Of a stretch of 64,000 nt of DNA, positions 59,977 through 64,000 are shown in pieces (within the stretch, counting starts at the first letter, position 1; each line of letters starts with the position of its first letter). The stretch covers positions 266-64,265 of the forward strand of contig CAYHGA010000003.1 of assembly GCA_964356225.1 (NCBI GenBank), given 5' to 3'. This stretch comes from an uncultured Gammaproteobacteria bacterium (GTDB lineage: Bacteria; Patescibacteriota; Microgenomatia; CAZETR01; Amesbacteraceae). The notes beneath the pieces are model-generated. The model ran no database searches and was not told the DNA's origin. It worked only from the letters and a program-made list of their open reading frames with translations. The position numbers and the translations under genes were made by a program.

Positions 59977-61577
59977 ATCCCCTAGACCATGCAAAAGTCT
60001 ATTTGGGCCTTGGTTGGTCGTTGATACCAATTGTTCCGGAGACCAAGAAACCGCCAATATTGTGGGGTGAGTTCCAAACTAGAAGGGCAACTTTATCAGA
60101 AATTGAAGAGTGGATAACCAAAGGCTGGTATTTAGCGGTTGTCACAGGAGATATATCCGGAGTGTTGGTGGTTGACGATGACCGGGTTAAGCACGGCCTC
60201 AATGAATGGGGTTTTACTTCACCAATGATCGCTAAGTCTCAAAATAGCGGAAAGCATTATTACTACAAGTACGATCGAGAAATCCATAGCCACTCAAATG
60301 GTGATTTACACATTGATTTGAAAGCATGGCACTCTTATTGCTTATTACCTCCCTTCAACGGTCGAGAATGGCTATCTAGTCTTTCGGAAAACCTAAACAA
60401 ACTAACCTTTATTCCCGACGAAATCGTGAGACTGGTAAATTCTGACAAGGTAGAGAGGGAACAACGCCGGGAACCATTGAGAATGGCCGACTTTATAAAC
60501 ATCCCAGAAGGGGCGAGAACTGACAGTTTACATCGTCTAGGTTGTTCAATTTTTAACCACATGAGCAAGGATGACGGAATGAGAATATTAGCCGGAGTTA
60601 ACCTAACTTACGAACCACCCCTTACTCAGAGTGAATTCGATTACCAAATTTCCAGAGCGTGGGAATTTGTGCAGGCTAATCCGAAGAAGAAACCTCCTGA
60701 ACCTGAAGTTGCTGTACCTCATCAAGACAGGCTTGTGCTAAAAAGCGGAATACCTTCATTAGACGCCATCCTAGGTGGATTCCATTCAGGGGGAGGATAT
60801 ATTATCGGTGGCGAAGAAAAATGCGGCAAAACGAGTCTGATATTGAACTTTGTTCAGTATTTCGTCGAATCAGATCAACGAGTTTTTTACGCCTCAACCG
60901 AACTTAAAGATTATGACGTCCAAAGCTACATGGACTCAATCTCCGGTAAAAAAGGTTGGACAAACCCAAATTTTCACTTTTATGACTTGGGAGAGACAGG
61001 TTCCTTAAAAGAACATCTTGAGATTATCGAGTCGGAATTGGCTTCCGGAACTAGAATCGTAGTGATAGACAACTTAACATCCTATCGTGACCACATTAAT
61101 CTAGCAAAAGACGAGTGGATGCGAATAGCACAGGCCGGAGATAGTTACCGAAAACTGGGCAGAAAATGGGAGGCGGTTGTGCTTATGGTTCTTCACTTAA
61201 ACCAAGGCACGAAACTCAACGAAATCCCCAAGTCGGTAAGGGTACTTCTAGAAAAGGGTGAGGCTGAGAAAATTTTTACCGAAAGTGTTTCGGTTTACGG
61301 ACGGCCCTCAAAAGACAACTTAAAGGGTGGATCAGGTTTCAGAAGCCAAACTTTTGGTCAGATATTAGTTTGGCGTCCATTCCAGGGCTTTTATTTACCT
61401 CACCTAAATAAATTGTGTGGTTTGATTGTGGAAAACAACCGATACGGTCCCACTGGTGAAGTCCGGCTTAATTTTGATGGGGCTACTAAGAAGTTTGAAG
61501 AGGTCGAGCTAACACCTACCGAAAAAGATGATGACAAACCTTATCAATCTGAATTTTCAAATATGGAGCAGATATGA
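59973..61577 (+). CDS. bifunctional primase-polymerase (PrimPol N-domain) fused to DnaB-like/RecA-fold helicase
   Basis: LGLGWSLIPIVPETKKPPILWGEF...VVTGDISGVLVVDDD (Prim-Pol) and a C-terminal SLDAILGGFHSGGGYIIGGEEKCGKTSL Walker A. Confidence 0.7.
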   Translation: MNPLDHAKVYLGLGWSLIPIVPETKKPPILWGEFQTRRATLSEIEEWITKGWYLAVVTGDISGVLVVDDDRVKHGLNEWGFTSPMIAKSQNSGKHYYYKYDREIHSHSNGDLHIDLKAWHSYCLLPPFNGREWLSSLSENLNKLTFIPDEIVRLVNSDKVEREQRREPLRMADFINIPEGARTDSLHRLGCSIFNHMSKDDGMRILAGVNLTYEPPLTQSEFDYQISRAWEFVQANPKKKPPEPEVAVPHQDRLVLKSGIPSLDAILGGFHSGGGYIIGGEEKCGKTSLILNFVQYFVESDQRVFYASTELKDYDVQSYMDSISGKKGWTNPNFHFYDLGETGSLKEHLEIIESELASGTRIVVIDNLTSYRDHINLAKDEWMRIAQAGDSYRKLGRKWEAVVLMVLHLNQGTKLNEIPKSVRVLLEKGEAEKIFTESVSVYGRPSKDNLKGGSGFRSQTFGQILVWRPFQGFYLPHLNKLCGLIVENNRYGPTGEVRLNFDGATKKFEEVELTPTEKDDDKPYQSEFSNMEQI

Positions 61578-61867
61578 AGACTTTGTTTCTCAAAACTAGT
61601 AGCACCTATCTTCTTAAACAGTTTCGGTGTTTCGGCATCCCGGTGATGCGAGAAGGTGACCAAACAATTGGCTTCTTACCCCCCAGCTTTTTTGTGGGAG
61701 TAAATAACCAACTGCTGGTGAGCAAAAGATTAAAACAATGGGCAAAAAACATGGATCCAAATGTGATTCTTACTTTAGGAGAATGGCAACCGTTAAATAT
61801 CTTTTGGGAAAAGGCTATTCCTTCACTCTTGCTGGGTAACTTAATCAAAATATATGACAAACCATGA
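61574..61867 (+). CDS. hypothetical small protein
   Basis: 97 aa, overlapping the upstream stop. Confidence 0.3.
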   Translation: MKTLFLKTSSTYLLKQFRCFGIPVMREGDQTIGFLPPSFFVGVNNQLLVSKRLKQWAKNMDPNVILTLGEWQPLNIFWEKAIPSLLLGNLIKIYDKP

Positions 61868-62035
61868 TTAGCCAAATTGCGCTATCGGAGTTAAAGACAA
61901 TCTTGTTAAAAGATTATGGCTGGTCGGGTGACGATAAAACTACCACCCAGCTTGCAAATTATTTTTTGGTATCTCTTGAAGCGGTACTTTTGAGTCCAAA
62001 AGTTGACAAAACACCCAGAAAGGAGGCAAAGTGAT
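61865..62035 (+). CDS. small ORF (56 aa) immediately upstream of and overlapping the integrase start; RDF/excisionase candidate
   Basis: Manual translation gives MISQIALSELKTILLKDYGWSGDDKTTTQLANYFLVSLEAVLLSPKVDKTPRKEAK. It is not in the ORF track. Confidence 0.25.
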
Positions 62036-63659
62036 AGTCAACGATCTGTCAAAAATGAAAATTATATCCACTGTCCAAAAACGATACTATTTAGTCTACT
62101 TGCGAAAAAGTAGCGAGTCAGAAGACCGCCAAGTTCAAAGTATCGAAGACCAAAGAAAAGAAATTAAGCCCCTAATTGAGGATAGAAGTCTCGAAATTTT
62201 AGAAGTGTTTCAAGAATCCAGATCGGCAAAAGCTCCAGGTAGAGTTGAATTTGACCGCATGGCCAAACTCATAAGCGAGCGAGAGGATATTAAGGGTATT
62301 GTTTGCTGGAAATTAAACCGTCTTAGCCGTAATCCTGTGGACACTGGGGCGCTACAATGGCTGATACAGTCTAAAAAGATCGAAGAGATTGTTACTCCAA
62401 GCAAGACTTATACCGATGTTGATAGTGACTTTATTATGGCTGTGGAAGGCGCTCAAGCCAATAGATTCATACGGGATCTAAAAGAAGACACTTGGCGAGG
62501 CATGAAATCCAAAATTGAAAAAGGGATGGCTCCGGTATTAGCCGTTCCGGGGTATCTAAACGACAAAACAAAAGATCAAGGTAAGAAAGATATTATTGTG
62601 AATCCAGTGCAGTTCCCACTAATGCGTAAACTTTTTGATATGGCTTTGACAGGTAACTATTCGATTACTGATCTTTATGAGCAGGCAGATAAAATGGGCA
62701 TCAGAACTAATCGAGGGAAAAGAATTAGTCATTCTCGAATGGCAGAATTATTGAAAGATATATTTTATATAGGTAAGTTTGTTTATGGTGGTCAGACATA
62801 TGATGGCATCCATAAACCAATGTTATCTATGCAGGAATTTGAACTGTTGCAAGAGATATTCTCCAAAGGAGATAGACCAAGATCATCCGTTCACCACAAT
62901 CCCTATTCTGGGGATCTAATTAAATGTGTCTGCGGAAGATCGCTATCACTTGACCCCAAAGTAAAGACATATAAAAATGGTAAGTCACAAGAGTTTGTTT
63001 ACTTACGATGCAATCGTCCACACTATCAACCCAATAGTGCTTGTCCAAAATCTTCAATCAACATTAAAGATCTGGAAAAACAGATCCTTGAGCAACTGGG
63101 ATCAATCCTCATTTCACCTGATCTTATTAAATGGGGAATCGAAAGATTGAATGAAAAGAATATGGACAAACAAAAGTCTCGTGAAGCTGAAAATCTAGCA
63201 ATCAAACAGGCTTATGATCGAGTGGTAATCCAATTAGATAGTCTTCTTCAATTAAAGCTGTCACCCAATAATATCAATGGAAGTTTATTGTCGGATATGG
63301 AATATGCAGAGCAAAGAGTGATCCTTTTGAAGGAAAGAGATAAATACAATGTCCAACACAGTTCGTTGGACAAGAATAGAGAAGATTGGGCACAGATGGC
63401 TGTGGCAGTGTTTAACTTCGCCGCAAAAGCTCAAGAGAAGTTTGCTACCGGTAATTTGGAAACCAAACGAGACATTTGTAAGATCTTTGGAACCAGCATG
63501 ATTTTGAATGGAAAAAAGCTCGAAGTTTTATCCAGAACGCCGTTTATTTTTATAAAAGATGCTTTAAGAGTCACCGAACCTAACAAAATGCCTATTTATA
63601 GCTCCGAAGCGACACTTCATGCCTTTGAAGATAACTTTGGGGTGGTGTACGGGAGTTGA
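62031..63659 (+). CDS. large serine recombinase (integrase), paralog of 18463-20004
   Basis: YLRKSSESEDRQ catalytic region, recombinase domain and a Zn-ribbon (CVCGRS...CNRPHY...C). GTG start. The 3' end overlaps tRNA-His by 19 nt. Confidence 0.85.
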   Translation: MIVNDLSKMKIISTVQKRYYLVYLRKSSESEDRQVQSIEDQRKEIKPLIEDRSLEILEVFQESRSAKAPGRVEFDRMAKLISEREDIKGIVCWKLNRLSRNPVDTGALQWLIQSKKIEEIVTPSKTYTDVDSDFIMAVEGAQANRFIRDLKEDTWRGMKSKIEKGMAPVLAVPGYLNDKTKDQGKKDIIVNPVQFPLMRKLFDMALTGNYSITDLYEQADKMGIRTNRGKRISHSRMAELLKDIFYIGKFVYGGQTYDGIHKPMLSMQEFELLQEIFSKGDRPRSSVHHNPYSGDLIKCVCGRSLSLDPKVKTYKNGKSQEFVYLRCNRPHYQPNSACPKSSINIKDLEKQILEQLGSILISPDLIKWGIERLNEKNMDKQKSREAENLAIKQAYDRVVIQLDSLLQLKLSPNNINGSLLSDMEYAEQRVILLKERDKYNVQHSSLDKNREDWAQMAVAVFNFAAKAQEKFATGNLETKRDICKIFGTSMILNGKKLEVLSRTPFIFIKDALRVTEPNKMPIYSSEATLHAFEDNFGVVYGS

Positions 63660-63714
63660 ACCCGCTAAAACTGCCTCCACAGGGCAGCGCCTAAACCGTT
63701 CGGCACACACCACC
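63641..63714 (-). tRNA. tRNA-His (anticodon GUG) with encoded G-1
   Basis: G(-1)+GTGGTGTGTGCCGAACGGTTTAGGCGCTGCCCTGTGGAGGCAGTTTTAGCGGGTTCAACTCCCGTACACCACC. Perfect 7-bp acceptor stem, anticodon loop CTGTGGA and discriminator C. Confidence 0.75.
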
Positions 63715-63769
63715 AAAACTTCTCTATTTTACCATTGACAAGTGTAAAACTTTAGACCATACTCAACAC

Positions 63770-63973
63770 ATGGCCAAGAAAGAAACGCCGAAAACCCAAG
63801 TCGTCAAAAAAGATAGCCACTCCAGGTTAATCGGCGGGGCCGTTATTGTGACTTTTGGCTTGATCATTATTCTGAACAATTTCGGGCTTCTTCCCTGGGG
63901 GATTTTAGACGCCGTCTCCAAACTCTGGCCCCTCATTCTTGTCTTCTGGGGCCTGAAAATGCTTCTGAAATAA
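63770..63973 (+). CDS. small 2-TM membrane protein
   Basis: 67 aa, hydrophobic. Confidence 0.3.
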   Translation: MAKKETPKTQVVKKDSHSRLIGGAVIVTFGLIIILNNFGLLPWGILDAVSKLWPLILVFWGLKMLLK

Positions 63974-64000
63974 AGGAGAAGTGTATACTTCACCCACATG

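Larger units (their letters stand above)
56319..63714. mobile_element. phage-satellite-like integrative element at tRNA-His (TerS-like, TerL, replisome organizer, PrimPol-helicase, serine integrase; no capsid/portal/tail genes seen)
   Basis: The gene content and order fit this. The left boundary is uncertain and could extend to about 54830 (the four tiny TM genes) or about 51100. Confidence 0.55.

Overview
This 64-kb window looks like a low-to-moderate-GC, reduced-genome bacterium; a CPR/Patescibacteria-like lineage is an inference from gene content only. The core genes are a DEAD-box helicase, PolX, lemA, htpX, gatC-gatA-(MFS-like)-gatB, dnaE, rplS, a GT39-like glycosyltransferase, ruvC, holA, a lower-glycolysis block (pgm/pmm fused to pgi/pmi, ppsA, eno, gpmI), rsmI, dedA, lexA divergent from uvrB-uvrA, a short uvrC, secG, ftsA, a nucleoside-salvage trio (HAD phosphatase, MTA/purine nucleoside phosphorylase, NUDIX) and six tRNAs plus one tRNA fragment. 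There are two accessory regions. (A) About 15.1-20.4 kb is a repeat-dense locus in which a Fic protein, an MFS transporter and a large serine recombinase are each bracketed by copies of a modular GC-hairpin repeat family. Two of these are perfect inverted-repeat pairs of 112 bp and 103 bp, and roughly 65-bp direct repeats lie at 15140 and 19831. The recombinase reading frame runs into tRNA-Lys(UUU) on the opposite strand. Directly after it, a YhbQ-like GIY-YIG gene is bracketed by a 74-bp tandem duplication that includes a disrupted second tRNA-Lys copy, and tRNA-Glu follows. (B) About 51-63.7 kb begins with an AT-rich operon encoding a secreted SNase+Excalibur nuclease and two unknown proteins, one of them membrane-anchored. 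Then come ftsA without ftsZ, four tiny overlapping membrane-protein genes, and a phage-satellite-like integrative element with TerS-like and TerL genes, a replisome organizer, a PrimPol-DnaB-like helicase and a candidate RDF. That element ends in a second, paralogous large serine recombinase whose 3' end overlaps tRNA-His(GUG). I also report a T-box-like leader and terminator hairpin abutting the start codon of an unknown gene, frameshift-split pgm and geranylgeranyl-reductase-like genes, and short in-frame tandem repeats inside uvrA and uvrB. No CRISPR array or rRNA was seen.
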